In this document: positions 51,097 through 64,000 of the stretch, piece by piece
Numbering within the stretch: the first letter of the stretch is position 1
How the letters are laid out: the number at the start of each line of letters is the position of its first letter
Source: Octopus vulgaris
Taxonomy: Eukaryota
Direction: 5' to 3'
Assembly: GCA_951406725.2 (NCBI GenBank)
Contig: OX597818.1
Location: 95,170,001 to 95,234,000 of the forward strand
Length of the DNA stretch: 64,000 bases
Notes under the pieces: model-generated
Told to the model about the DNA's origin: nothing
Seen by the model: the letters and a program-made list of their open reading frames with translations, nothing else
Databases searched by the model: none
Made by a program: the position numbers and the translations under genes

Positions 51097-51470
51097 ATCT
51101 GTAAATATAATATGTGACAGTTATTCGGTAGCCATGATAAAACTCTGAGTTTTGGATGTCGGGGCGGAAACCCACGCCGGCATCTCTTCAGTTATTGGGT
51201 CATCGGAAAAAATGCTATGAAAATAACCATTAAAGCAAAGGGAAATTACTGTGTGATTGACCGTTATTAGAATGACCGCTAAGTAAGGGGAGGGAGTAAA
51301 GATGGCCCGATAACTGAAGAGATGCGGGTGTGGGTTTCCACCCCAACATCCGAAATTCGGAGTTTTATCATGGCTACCGAATAATTGTTACATATATTTA
51401 CAGATAAATTCTTCTATTTACATAATATTGAGGTCTCTTTCATTCTTTTGTTGTCTTGCCATTTCTATCA
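51097..51470. mobile_element. Inverted pseudo-LTR pair of a Penelope-like element (family B)
   Basis: Arms 51097-51204 / 51301-51405, each with a hammerhead motif; embedded in (TA)n. Confidence 0.75.
51309..51369 (+). ncRNA. Minimal type-I hammerhead ribozyme motif (canonical core)
   Basis: GATAA-CTGAAGA-GATG...CATC-c-GAAA-TTCGGAG-T-T-TTATC; stem I GATAA/TTATC. Confidence 0.7.
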
Positions 51471-51486
51471 ATATATATATATAAAG

Positions 51487-51536
<50 letters not shown>

Positions 51537-51571
51537 ATGTGTGTATATATATATAAATATATATGTATGTG

Positions 51572-51624
<53 letters not shown>

Positions 51625-51632
51625 GTGTGTGT

Positions 51633-51945
51633 GTCTGGCACCTGTGTCGGTGGCACATAAAAACACCATCCGAGCGTGGCCGTCTGCCAGCCTCGTCTGG
51701 CACCTGTGTCGGTGGCACATAAAAAACACCATCCGAGCGTGGCCGTTCGCCAGCCTCGTCTGGCACCTGTGTCGGTGGCACATAAAATCACCCACTACAC
51801 TCTCGGAGTGGTTGGCGTTAGGAAGGGCATCCAGCTGTAGAAACACTGCCAGATCTGACTGGCCTGGTGCAGCCTTCGGGCTCCCCAGACCCCAGTTGAA
51901 CCGTCCAACCCATGCTAGCATGGAAAGCGGACGTTAAATGATGAT
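51633..51945 (+). mobile_element. RTE 3' UTR copy with ~63-bp internal tandem repeats
   Basis: TCTGGCACCTGTGTCGGTGGCACATAAAA occurs three times, then the standard tail. Confidence 0.85.
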
Positions 51946-53192
51946 ATATACATATATCCCTTTTGTCAGTCATTAGGCTGTGGCCATGTTGGGGTACTGC
52001 CTTGAAGAATTTCAGTCAAACGAATCGACCCCAGTACTTTTTCTTTTAAAGCCTGTTACCTATTCTTTCAATTTCTTTTGCCAAACTGCTAAGTTACAGG
52101 GACGTAAACACACCAACACCAGCTGTCAACAAACTCAAACACACACACATATACATATACACACATATAATACATATATACACACATATATGGAGAGAGA
52201 GAATGTGTGTGTAGGATAGAGAGAGAGGGGGAGAGAGAGGAGGTTGAATATGATGTGATGACAGTTATTGAGGTAACACCGTTTGTTTGTTGTTAAGGAC
52301 AATTGACATGTAAGCTAAGCAGACGTCTCTTACAAAAAAAATACACCAACAAAACACCGCTGACGGTCTGGACGATTGAATCGCTGACTGGAACCACGCC
52401 CAAGTACCTATTTCGTGCACAAAGTAAGTACTTTATACCTGTAACAATGCCGTGACCAGCCGCTCTAAAAAAAAAAGATTAATATTTATAACTTTTCACG
52501 TTGTTTGTTGAAGACGGAGCCAGCCACATCTGGTATCTGAAATAACTTACTCTGATTTTGGTGTATATACATGTGTGTGCGTGTATACTGTCAAAATATC
52601 GTCTTTTTTATGTCTGTATGTAACATATTTCTTTTGTCTCTCACTCAAGATATACACAAACTGTGTGTGTGTGTGTGTATGTTATTTATTTATTTTTTTT
52701 TTCACTTGTTTTACGTTGAACTAGGGCACAGCCTTCATAGGGTCTATCATATCGATCTCAGTATTAATTTCAGGCGGGTACTTATTTGATTGATCTTCTC
52801 ATGGCAGAACCGCTAAGTCACGGATTATAAAATAACATAACGTAAACAACACCAGATTTTTTAGACCAGTGTAAGCATAAAGGTACGTGCACATGCAGTA
52901 TATACACATACGTTTATATATACATGCATATACATATGCCTATATATATATATATACATGCATACATACATACACACATATATTTATAAACTGTTAAAAA
53001 GTATGACTATCTCCTCACGTTCACCAATGGCACATACTTTACGTGCTGTGATATTTATATATAACCACCACTTCTTGTTTATGTTCATCACTATCTCCCT
53101 GTGTGCATTTTACTCCTTTATAAATACTATCCAGCTTTTAGTAAGTGTATACTTGTCTGGGTATACGTCTGTCGACACACATACACAAAACG

Positions 53193-53240
<48 letters not shown>

Positions 53241-53484
53241 ATACACATACATACATGTGTACGAATATTGAGCCTAATTCCTATAGTAACCTGTCGCGCA
53301 TCCAATTCATCAATAAGTGTCTGTATGTAGATATGCCCCACCCCTCTCATATATATATATGTATGAATGTATGTATATTCTTTTACGTGTTTCTGTCATT
53401 TGACTTTGGTGATGCTGGAGCACCTATATATATATATGTGAGGGTGTGTATAGATAGAGAGATAAACATACATACATATACATG

Positions 53485-53521
<37 letters not shown>

Positions 53522-53645
53522 GTGTATGTTTGTCTTTATGGCAAGCGAGTGCTATTAAAAACAAGTTTGACATTAAACTGAAGATTTTTCCATTTTTTTT
53601 TTTTTTTTGTAGAGTGCGTATTTATCATGCTTTCAGAATAAAAAT

Positions 53646-53739
53646 AGTGAAAGTAACTTCGAAGTTTCGGCCTGCTAACCTTCGTGAGAGTGTCCGTCGA
53701 AGGCTAGCTGGCCGAAACTTCGAAGTGACTGTCAGCACT
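53646..53739. mobile_element. Palindrome of two degenerate hammerheads (family A)
   Basis: 29-bp stem with 2 mismatches; CTCACGA/CCGTCGA-aGGCtagctgGCC-GAAA-CTTCGAAG-T; palindromic stem III ACTTCGAAGT. Confidence 0.65.
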
Positions 53740-55969
53740 CTGTAAGTTCAGTTAGGCTTATTTATGTATTCCTTGATTTTTCCATTTAAATATTTAGGGA
53801 AAATATCTATTGATATTCTAATCAAGAAAGTTCCATAACATTTTACACGTACCACCATTTGGTTTTTTTTGTGGCCGCACCCTCATAAAACCGTCCTACA
53901 ATTTAATAAGTCAAAACGAGTCAGCTCAACGTGCTAGAAATAGCAATCAAATCTCATTCGAAACCCACTCTGCTACTTAAATAAGGAAATGATTTATTAG
54001 GTTTATCTTGGTAGCCCTAGATAAACAGTTTCTGAAATAAACGAATAAAAAAAGTGAGATGGTCACGGCTTGGATACTTTTGACCATACTTCTGCTCCAT
54101 TACGATTGACTGGGAATTAAACAACGAGAACGAGTTATAATAAACTAAAATATCCTGTGAATATTTCTTGTTAAAGAAACGGATTTTTGTAAAGCTTTCC
54201 ATCTTAAAATAACAACAACCTCTAACACTTTTTTCTTAAATGCCATACCTACAAGGTTCCCTCTTATTTTTTCTCTGCGGGTATACGGAGAAATTTTTCG
54301 AGTAGACAAATTTTGTCTTCCTTTGCAAATTTTGTTTGTGAACGATCATTCATACGAATAGAAAATTAAAATATTTGCTTTTTAAAAAAAAAATCAATTA
54401 AAATATTTTAATATTTGAGAAAAATATTTGCTTAAGAATATTTAATTTAATCTTGAAAAAAAAAAAAAAAAAAGAAATGCGCACAGATTTCTTTCTGAAA
54501 CGTGTGTGCGCGCACAAACGCAAGTTTTCCGTTTGTTCGCAAGTTGTAAAGTGTGTGTATGCCCATACACAGTTTAGTGGTAACAATGCATACCAGTATG
54601 AATTACACAATAGAAAGTTTTTAAATCAACATAACTCGAATATATCTTTAGTATTTTGACACACTAACTCTGAGCAAAGAACTGGAACGTGTCTCGCATG
54701 GCATTTTGTCAAACGCTCTAACGACTTTACCAATTCACCGCCTACTGGGTTTATTATATTTATAGTAATCTAAGTAGTTGACTTTTTTTTGTTTTCTACC
54801 TATTATTAAATGTGAAAACTTATCTGGTCAACATCTACTCAGTGTATCTGTCTACACGGTTTGTAATATTGTTATATTGATGTTGCATGCATTTTGGTAT
54901 GCATGCATGTGGTCTATACTATTTATGGTGACATGTTCGATATGGAGAAACAGTTCTTTTTTGTGTGTGTGTGTTTTCACACTCATATACATATCATCAT
55001 CATTTAACGTCCATGTTCCATACTGACATGGGTTGGTCTGTTTGACACCATCTGATGGACTCAAGGACTGCATCATGCTCTTGTGTCTGCCCTGGCAGGG
55101 TTTCTATGACTGGGTACACTTCCTGATGCCAACTGCTTTACAGCATATGCCAAGTGCTTTTATTTTTATACTACCTGCACTATTTTTAAAATGAAAAAAG
55201 ACCTTGTACAGGGCTGATCCCAATGCTCTAAACAATGTATGAAGTTGCTCAAAAAGAAAGAACTAGTCTGCATCACTTGGTGCAAACATAGTCTCAAGTG
55301 TTGCATCAGTGTTTTCCTTCTCCAAGACAGATGTCTAAGTAAAAACTAGAGGTCTACCACTCACAGCAAGCTATCATTGAAGTTTACTCCTTGATCATGT
55401 GTAAATACATGCAGACATTTGCTGTTGGATGGATGTTAACTCATCTAAGTTCATCTGTCTTTTGATTGGTTTTGTTTTATGTTCTGCAGGGTATCCAACA
55501 AAAACCATTCTCCTTATCAAACAGGTTGTACCAGTAGCTGTAAGAGTGATCTGACATATTCATATATACAAAAGAAGTTTCAATTAAAAGTTCATTACAA
55601 ATTTTCCTTGCTTGTTACTTATGCTTCATTCTGAAGTCATGTTCAACCCACCAAAATTTTGCCACACCCTATCAGTTGGGTGTGCACCTCACTTTGAGAC
55701 ATACTGGTCTATATTGAACCCAAATAAATGCATTAATCATACATCCCCCACCCATATATTTCCTAGTAATGATTAATTCTTAGGTTGGATGAACAGTCAT
55801 ATATTCTAACAGACAAGATCCAATGGATTCATATTGCTAAATCAAAAGAAGAAATTGAGAGATGTTTGAGGTTGATAAACTATTATCTCCAGTTTATACC
55901 AAAACTTGCAGGCATCGTACAGTTCTTTTAGTGGAAAGGAATGTCTTGATCCATCAAGAAAGAATAGGC

Positions 55970-56186
55970 TTAACCATTTAGCATTCAGATTATTCTGTCC
56001 AATATAATGCTTAGTTTTTCAGTTGTTTTGTATTAATCATGCATTATCTCAAAGCTGTGACATTTTGATGACATGGCTGTTTATTTTTAGATTGACATTG
56101 TAGGGTAGGTGTAAGAGACCAGATCTGTCTGACTTGAATATAAAACAGGTATAATATTTTGGCCAGTTTAAATGCTAAAGGATTAA
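55970..56186. mobile_element. TTAA-flanked MITE
   Basis: TTAA-CCATTTAGCATT ... AATGCTAAAGGA-TTAA. Confidence 0.65.
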
Positions 56187-56662
56187 GAAAATTAAAGAAC
56201 TTTTTACTTCAATACTCTGTTTTGGCAACATTCCTTACTGTGTGTGTGAAACAAATCTTACTGTTGATGCTTCTGAAATTGTAGCAGCAGGAATAAAGCC
56301 TCAAAATGAAAGGACTGTTGCAGATGTTAGTCATACACATGACAGAGAAATTGGAGAAATATTTAAAGTGGATCTTATGTGATTGTCATGGTGAGTTGAG
56401 AGATTGGGATAGAATCTATTAGCAAAATCTTCCATGCTGAGAATTGATATCTGGCTGTTCCAATCAATTTTTTCAAAACAATTTGATGTTTTTAGATGAG
56501 CTTACAACCTCATATTTGCTCCATATTCTCTGTGTCTAACTCACTCCCTATCTCTAATCATCTGTCACACTATTTTCACTTTGGTACACTTACTTCTATA
56601 TCCAACTTTTCTGTTCCTTTATCCTATTTTGTCTTTTATAGTCACCTTGTACCTTGACCTCA

Positions 56663-56700
<38 letters not shown>

Positions 56701-56951
56701 CCTCTAGATTGTCAAACCATGTATTCATCTCTTCAGTAAGATACCTGCTCTTCTTCCTCTGTCTTTTTGTGTCTCAATGCTACATGCTACTCAGTAAAGG
56801 GGTCTTGTCTTGTGGGTACTTGGTGGTCGGTGCTATGGAAAAAGCACCCAGTACACTCTGTAAAGTGGTTGGTGTTAGGAAGGATATCCAACCATAGAAA
56901 ATCTGCTTTGACCAATCCTATCCGGCCCATTCAAGCATAGAAAAATACAAG

Positions 56952-57192
56952 TTAACCCATTTATGCCCATAAAAAAAAACGAAGTCTTAAAATTTTCACT
57001 GTATTTAGATTAAACATTATGGTAAGCTTTCACAATCTGGAAGAGGACAGTATACAACTGTTAGCTATGGGTGTCAACTACCTACTGAACATTTCATATG
57101 TTCAGTCAGATGCTTCCTGGCGAGTTCATATCCAAACAAGTAGGAGCAGGTTTTGCATTGTGAAAACGCAACCAGGGGTATATATGGGTTAA
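56952..57192. mobile_element. TTAA-flanked MITE (piggyBac-like)
   Basis: TTAA-CCCATTTATGCCC ... GGGTATATATGGG-TTAA. Confidence 0.65.
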
Positions 57193-58242
57193 AGCAATGG
57201 CAACAACGATGATGCTAATGATAATGTGCCCTTTATGTTCACTTAAAGAATCCTAGAACTGGTGTAGACTAACTATTTTAGAACAATTTGTCAGACTTTG
57301 TTGTAAGCAACAGAAAGTGATCTCTTCTTACCTAAGAATCAACAATTGATTCCTGAATGTTATTGTGCAAAAGATATTACTTCAGTTCATGACACACATT
57401 GGTGTACAACAATGAATGAAGAAAGCAAAGTTTCTTTGGTTGCCCAATCATGGTAGAGATACTGAAGTGTTTGTCAGATCTTGTGTCAATGTGCCATAAC
57501 CTAATTTAAAGTCACCCTTTGTACAGATAATGGCCAAAAATATAGCATTTATCTATGAATTGACATTATATATATATTTTTAAATTCTGAGAATGTGTTA
57601 ATCACAATTGATTCAGCCTCTACTTCCTATGGTTCCAGTAGAAGCCCAGAAAATGTAAAGAAATATTTATTTTCTATCTTCTCCAAATTTAGCATTCCAA
57701 TGGTTGTGGTATCTAATGACAGTGGATACCACTTCATTCAATTAAAGGACTATTTAAACTGACTTGGCTGCAAGGAAAAGAAAGTCCTACCTATGGTCCA
57801 AAATCTGATGGAGCAACAAAAAATGTTGTGCAAACAAATTTTCATTAAAAGACTTAAAGTCTAACAATTGGAAAGTTTGATGAGTAATTGCTAAATTGCT
57901 AAATAATTCTTTACAGCCATCATTGTGCGTCTCATATATGTTAATAATTTTCAACTGAGAAATTTACTGTAAGTCATCAGAAATTAGCTGTAGATCATAC
58001 TTTTAGGTTGGTCTTTCATTACAATGAACTTTCCTACAGATACACTTTATCTGATTCATGCTGACAAAAATACTGACAGAAATTGAAAAAGTTCATTTAG
58101 TGTGGCTGTGTGGTTAAGAAACTTGCTTCCCCGCCATATGGCCTCAGGTTCAGTCCCACTCTATGGCACTCAACCAAAGCTTTGAGAATGGATGTGGTAG
58201 ATGGAAACTGAGAAGCCTATCATATATATATATATATATATA

Positions 58243-58800
58243 TAGGGTTGCCCGTAAAGTTTGTGCCGATTTATAGTAGCTTACCTTTCAACTTATTTTA
58301 GAACATGGTTGAGTCCATAAAATAGGATTTGACTACACCTCCATTTAGAGCACAGTTTAAGCTATCTTTTCGTGGAAAAAGTTTTATGTTCTTATAACCT
58401 GTGTTAATTATGTAACCCTTTAAAATGGAAGATAAGAAAGTTCATTTTCAGCACTTGATGCTTTGGGAACCAGACAAAAATTGCTGCAGCTCAGCTGGGA
58501 TGTGTTACCCTATTCACCAGATATTGCTCCTTTGGATTTCCACTTATTCAGGTCTCTGCAGAATAGTCTTCATGGTAAAAATTTCAATTTCTTGGATGAT
58601 GTAAAACGATACCTTGATGAATTCTTTGACATGAAACCACCCCAGTTCTGGGAAGAGGGTATTTTCAAGTTAAAGGAAAGATGGAGAATGCATTGTGCAA
58701 CAAAATGGTTCATATTTGGTTGATTAAAAATGTAATGGCAAGTATTTATTGACCTTTTTCTTTCCTTTAAAAATCGACACATACTTTCTGGACAACCTAA
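58243..58800 (+). mobile_element. Internally deleted mariner inside a SINE (TA)n tract
   Basis: TIRs; MEDKKVHF start fused to YSPDIAPLDFHLFRSL...GIFKLKERW. Confidence 0.9.
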
Positions 58801-58801
58801 T

Positions 58802-58848
<47 letters not shown>

Positions 58849-59668
58849 ATCCCACACATACATATCTGTGTGTGTCCTTGACTTGACAATGTGATGATTG
58901 CAAATGAGCATCACAATTGTGCAAGTGGTTTTGTTCATTTCCAGTCTTCCTTGAAAAGCATGTTTGACCTTGGGGAAATATCAACTTGCTTGAAAACAGG
59001 TGTGGGTTGGTAACAAGAAGGGCATCCAGTTGTAGAAAAACTGCCTCAGCAAATTCTAACCCATGCAAGCATAGAAAATTGGACATTAAGCAATTACCAT
59101 AATGATAATGATGATCAAATAGCCACTAAATATCCTTCCTAAACAAATATGCTACTCATGATAATGTCATCAATAGGCCGGCACCAGCTTCTCCATCTCC
59201 AGTAGAACAACTGCCTGAACCTGGATAATGTTTCTAACATTATTACATCATTCAGATCTCTATCCACTACCTCTGCTAATATTCAAGCTGCAACACCATC
59301 CTTGCTACCAACACTACTAAATTTTGCTAATTAGGCAGAAAATGAATGGGAAGTATAATTTCATCTTGTAAGAACTCCAGAATTGCAAAGGGAATTAAAA
59401 AAACACAAAGATATATCTAACACAATTTATCTTTTATGTTATGTTTGTAGTATCTTTGATGGTTGCTGGTTTTGTTATTAATATATAAAGGATAGTAACA
59501 ATAGTAAATTGGCAAAATACATACGTGTAAGACAAAATGCTTTGAGTTTATGTTCTGATTTCAAATCTCATTGAGGTCAACTTCTAGGGTTGAAAAGAAT
59601 CAGTACTAGTACTGGAGGCAATTTGATCAATTAAGCTCCATTCCAAATTTGTGACCTTGTACCTATCT

Positions 59669-62590
59669 TCATCATCATCATCATCATCGTTTAACGTCCG
59701 TTTTCCATGCTAGCATGGGTTGGACAGTTTGACCGGGGTCTGGGAAGCCAGGAGGCTGCACCAAGCTCCAGTCTGATCTGGTAGTGTTTCTACAGCTGAA
59801 TTCCCTTCCTAACGCCAACCACTCCATGAGTGTAGTGGGTGCTTTTTATATGCCACTGGCACAGGGGCCAGAGGAGGCTGACAATGACCACGATCAGTTG
59901 GTGCTTTTTTACGTGCCACCAGCACAGAAGCCAGTCAAGATGGTGCTGGAATCGGCCATGTTCAGATGGTGCTTTTTACATGCCACAGGCACAGGTATCA
60001 CAATTGCAAATTCCATTTGATTTTCATTTTGATGTTGATGTACTTGACTCAATAGGTCTCCTCAAGCACAGCAGGTTGCGCTATAATCCAAAGTACTTTT
60101 GAATGGTCTGGGACTGGTTATGCGAAACTGGTGTAGGATACAGCCGTGAACTCACTTTATTTGCCAGGTCTTCGCAGTCATAGCATATCTCCAGAGGTCT
60201 TGGTCTTTTGTCATGGCGTTTGTGAGGTGTCTACCTCTACTCCAGATTCTTTCAACTGTTTGGGAGTGGCACTTCTTCACACAGCTCTCTCATCCATCTG
60301 AGTACATGACCATACTAGTGCAAACATCTCTCTTGCATGCCACATCTTATGCGTTTTATGTGCAACATTTCTCTCAGGGCGCTTACACTCTGTCGTGTGT
60401 GCACACTGACATTACACATCCAGCAGATTATGCTAGCTTCATTTCTTTCGAGCGTATGCATGTACTCCACAGTCATGGCCCATGTTTCACTGCCATGAAG
60501 CATGGTAGTTCGCACACATGCATCGTACAATCTATCGTTCACTCTGAGTGAGAGGCCCTTTGTCACCAGTAGGCGTAGAAGCTTTCTGAACTTTGCCCAG
60601 GCTATTCTTATTCTAGTGGTAACTCTCTCTCTGAGCATCAACCCCAACAACTAACTTTGTTACCTAGGTAGCGGAAGCTATCAACTAATTCTAGTTTCTT
60701 CCCTTGGAGTGTGATGGAATCTGTTTTCTGAGCATCTGTGGTGTTTATTGCCCCTGTGCATCTGCTGCACATGAAAGCTATCTTCCTGGTTAATCTTCCT
60801 TTGATGTTGCTGCACCCCTTATGTGTCCATAGCTTACACTGGGTACATCTTATGGAGTTTCTACCTACACCTTTTCTACAGATCGAGCAGAGCCACCTAC
60901 CTGAAGGGGTGTGTGATGATGTGTTTGCCTTCCTACTTACTAGAACTTTGGTCATTGCAACATTAACTCTAAGGCCTTTTGATTCTAAACCTTGCTTTCA
61001 CACCTGAAATTTCTTCTCTAGTTCTGGTAGTGATTCTGCTATGAGAGCAAGGTCATCAACATAGAGCATTTCCAGGGGCAACCCGTCTTGAATTCCTCTG
61101 TTATTGTCTGGAGGACTATAATAAATAAAAGGGAACTGAGGGTTGAACCTTGGTGGACCCCTACTTCTACCCAGAATTCTTCACTATACTCATTGCCAAT
61201 CCTAACCTTACTAACAGCCTCTCTGTATAGGACCTATACAGCGCATATTAACCATTCTTCTGTCCCCAGTTTCTGCATCGCCCACCAGATAAGGGATCAG
61301 GGGACCCTGTCAAAGGTTTTCTCCAAGTCCACAAAAGCTAAGTATAGGGGTTTATCTTTAGCTAGGTATTTCTCCTGTAGTTGTCAAACCAGGAATATAT
61401 CATCAGTGGTGCTTCTACCTAGCACAAAACTGAACTGCATCTCATCTAAGCAGACTCTCTCCCTAATGACATGGGCTATGACCCTCTCCATGACCTTCAT
61501 CACCTGATCCAGCAGTCTGATACCCCTGTATTTATTTCTATCTAGAGCATCACCTTTACCCTTGTAGCAGTTGACTTTGGTGCTGCTACGTCAGTCATTG
61601 AGTGTGACTCCATCATGAACTACCTGGTTTACAATGCGGGTGACTAGGCCATAGCCCACACTATCAGATGTTTTAAGCATCTCAGCAGTGATTCCTGATC
61701 GACCACGGACTTTTCCTGGTTTCATACCCTTAATTGCTCTATCTACCAGGGATCTGTGTATTCGGATAGCTGGTCCTTCTACTGGGTCAACATTTGGCAG
61801 GCTCTCCTCCTCCCATTCATTATCAACGTTCAGCAGTTTTTCATAATGGCTTCTCCAAACCTCTTTCTTTTCCGAATCATTAAAAGCAAGTGCACCATCA
61901 TCCATGCAGACACATTTCTCTTCTGTGACATCACAATTTTCTCTCACACACTGTCTTGCAATCCGAAATACCTCAGTTCTTTGGTCCTCACGTCACTGGA
62001 CATTGGCAAACTTTTTCTTTTCTGCTTCGCCCTTGGCTATGTATACCTGTCGCCCAGCCTCCCTTTTGGATACCAGGTACAATTCCCCCTACCCCCACCC
62101 TCCCAGGCTTTCCAGGCCTGTTTCTTTGTATCATAAAAATGGTCCGTCTGATCATTTGGTAGGCCCGCTTGTGGGGCGTAGGCAGAGCTAATTGTAGTTG
62201 TGCTGTTCTACAGGACTAGCCTGAGCTTAAGCACTCTATTGCATACCCTGACAACCTTTATGACTTTATCTACCCATTTCTCCACAAGGAGTATGCCTAG
62301 CCCCCATCTCCACTCCATCCATGTTACCTTGCCAGAAGATTTTGTACCTATGTGCCTTACCTGTGAGAACCCTAGCTGAAGCTCCTCTCCATCTTACCTC
62401 TTGTATGCATACATCGACACATCTCCTTTCAAGCATCTCTACAATCTCACTAGACCTACCTTTCAGTGTGCCTACATTGACTGTGCCAACTCTGAAAACT
62501 GGGAAAGGAATATGGGGTGAGGCTTGATGAAAGGAGAGATGTTATTCAATGCCTGAAAAGAAGAGGGAGGTTGTCGTGTTCATTTTTTAG
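59669..62590 (-). mobile_element. RTE-clade LINE, long, internally deleted, frameshifted
   Basis: APE N-terminus (RVGTVNVGTL, CIQEVRW) at ~62200-62500; RT motifs FVDLEK.FD, QGS.LS, LYVDDL; Cys/His finger; FRYLG; (ATG)n tail. Confidence 0.95.
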
Positions 62591-63068
62591 GCATGCTATG
62601 ATTATTAATATGTAAATATAAATATACCCAGTCAATGTCTGCACAATGTATCTGTCTACCCGGTTGGTTATATCATTATTAAGCTAATGTTGAGTTACAT
62701 ACATTTTTGCATGCATACAATTGGAGAATGCTAACAATTGACTACAAATTCAGTATAACAATTAGTTTTGTGATGTGCTGCTTAGATAACAGTGAGTCGC
62801 ATCTGAAGATTACAATTTACTTACTATTGTTGACTTACATATAATTGTCATAAACATGACATATATTAACAATGCAATTTCTTAAGGTTCTCTATTACCA
62901 AATAAGGATTCCTAACATATTTACAAGGCTATAAAATTTGGGGCAAGAATAAAATCACCCTAGTACTTAATTGACTTCAATGGGTTTAAACCCATAACAT
63001 AAACAAAAAGCATTTTGTTCAATACTTGACCGTTTAGTTAATTAACTCCTCTTTATATATTAACCCTT

Positions 63069-63300
63069 ATTTCTTTATTGCCCACAAGTGGCTAAACATA
63101 GAGGGGACAAACAAGGACAGACAAAGAGATTAAGTCGATTACATTGACCCCAGTGCCTAACTGGTACTTAACTTATTGACCCCGAAAGGATGAAAAGCAA
63201 AGTCAACCTCTGTGGAATTTGAACTCAGAACATAACGGCGGACGAAATACTGCTAAGCATTTCGCTCCGCATGCTAACGTTTCTGCCAGCTTGCCGCTTC
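63069..63300 (-). mobile_element. SINE family 2 with 16-bp TSD
   Basis: TTATATATTAACCCTT at 63053-63068 and 63301-63316. Confidence 0.9.
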
Positions 63301-64000
63301 TTATATATTAACCCTTTCATACCAAACCACCTATGACTGCCCCTGGGTCTATGATACAAACTTTATGTTTTAAAATGATCTAAATTAAAACCTTCCAACA
63401 AAATTTCATGTTAATTTTTGTTCTTGATAAAAAAAAAGTTTTTTACTAAATTCTTCATTATTTTCAAAATTATTTGAAACAAAGTCCATGTATGAAGTTT
63501 ATTTCAATAGAAATATGTTAACAAAAGGACTAGTCCCAGCTTAGAAAAGAGTAAAATAGAATTTTTTTTAAAGTTGTCAATAACCTTTAAAGTACTTTGT
63601 GATTTACATTGTTATCATTATTAATGAAATTTTACTGTTTAAAAACTAGTTAAAATCTCCTTATATCTTCACTTTATAATGGAAATTATAGAAAGCAATA
63701 AAGGTGGAGAAAAACTGTTATCAAGGTTATTTAACCCTTTCGTTACTATATTTCTGACCAAAATACACCCCTCATGAGTTTCAATTAAATTCTAAAATAA
63801 TCATGAATCTAGGCTTGTTTCATTAAATAACTGTAACTTTTTTACTTATCAACATATTAATGTGATATTTGGAACATAATTAAAGAAAGGGTTCTTAATC
63901 AATTCTATTGCATAACTTTTGTCTCAAAGTGACTTTAATTACAGGTAAATCCAGGTAAATTGAGCAAAAGGTAAAAATATTAAAATTTTGTTTAAACATC

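Larger units (their letters stand above)
55780..57850 (+). mobile_element. Highly decayed Ty3/Gypsy pol remnants
   Basis: INYYLQFIPKLA (RT-RNase H linker), TVDAS, integrase zinc-finger region (WLP...RDTEVFVRSC), FSKFSIP.VVVS and PKSDGA motifs, interrupted by MITEs and SINEs. Confidence 0.6.

Noticed and set aside
1185-54659. Numerous short ORFs in the six-frame track (MYVC.., IIII.., HTHT..)
   Set aside because: They are translations of microsatellites and SINEs, with no domain signal.

Overview
AT-rich, repeat-dense eukaryotic DNA; the SINE and microsatellite content suggests an octopus/coleoid cephalopod (inference). It holds one clear protein-coding gene, an intronless mitochondrial pyruvate dehydrogenase phosphatase (PDP1-like, 12285-13856 +). 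The rest is mostly mobile DNA: tRNA-derived SINEs, a long RTE LINE that shares its 3' tail with some of the SINEs, Dong/R4 and CR1-like LINE fragments, Gypsy remnants, mariner elements, hAT/TA/TTAA MITEs, and Helitron/Helentron-like elements. The most interesting signal is a set of at least seven loci, most of them inverted repeats, carrying minimal type-I hammerhead ribozyme (HHR) motifs, plus a partial HHR next to a Penelope-like ORF fragment. The cores occur as C3:G8, U3:A8 and G3:C8, i.e. compensatory swaps at the tertiary 3:8 pair. A perfect 117-bp-arm palindrome centred on an RTE/SINE tail looks like a frozen fold-back retrotransposition event. All alignments were done by eye; nothing was searched or folded computationally.
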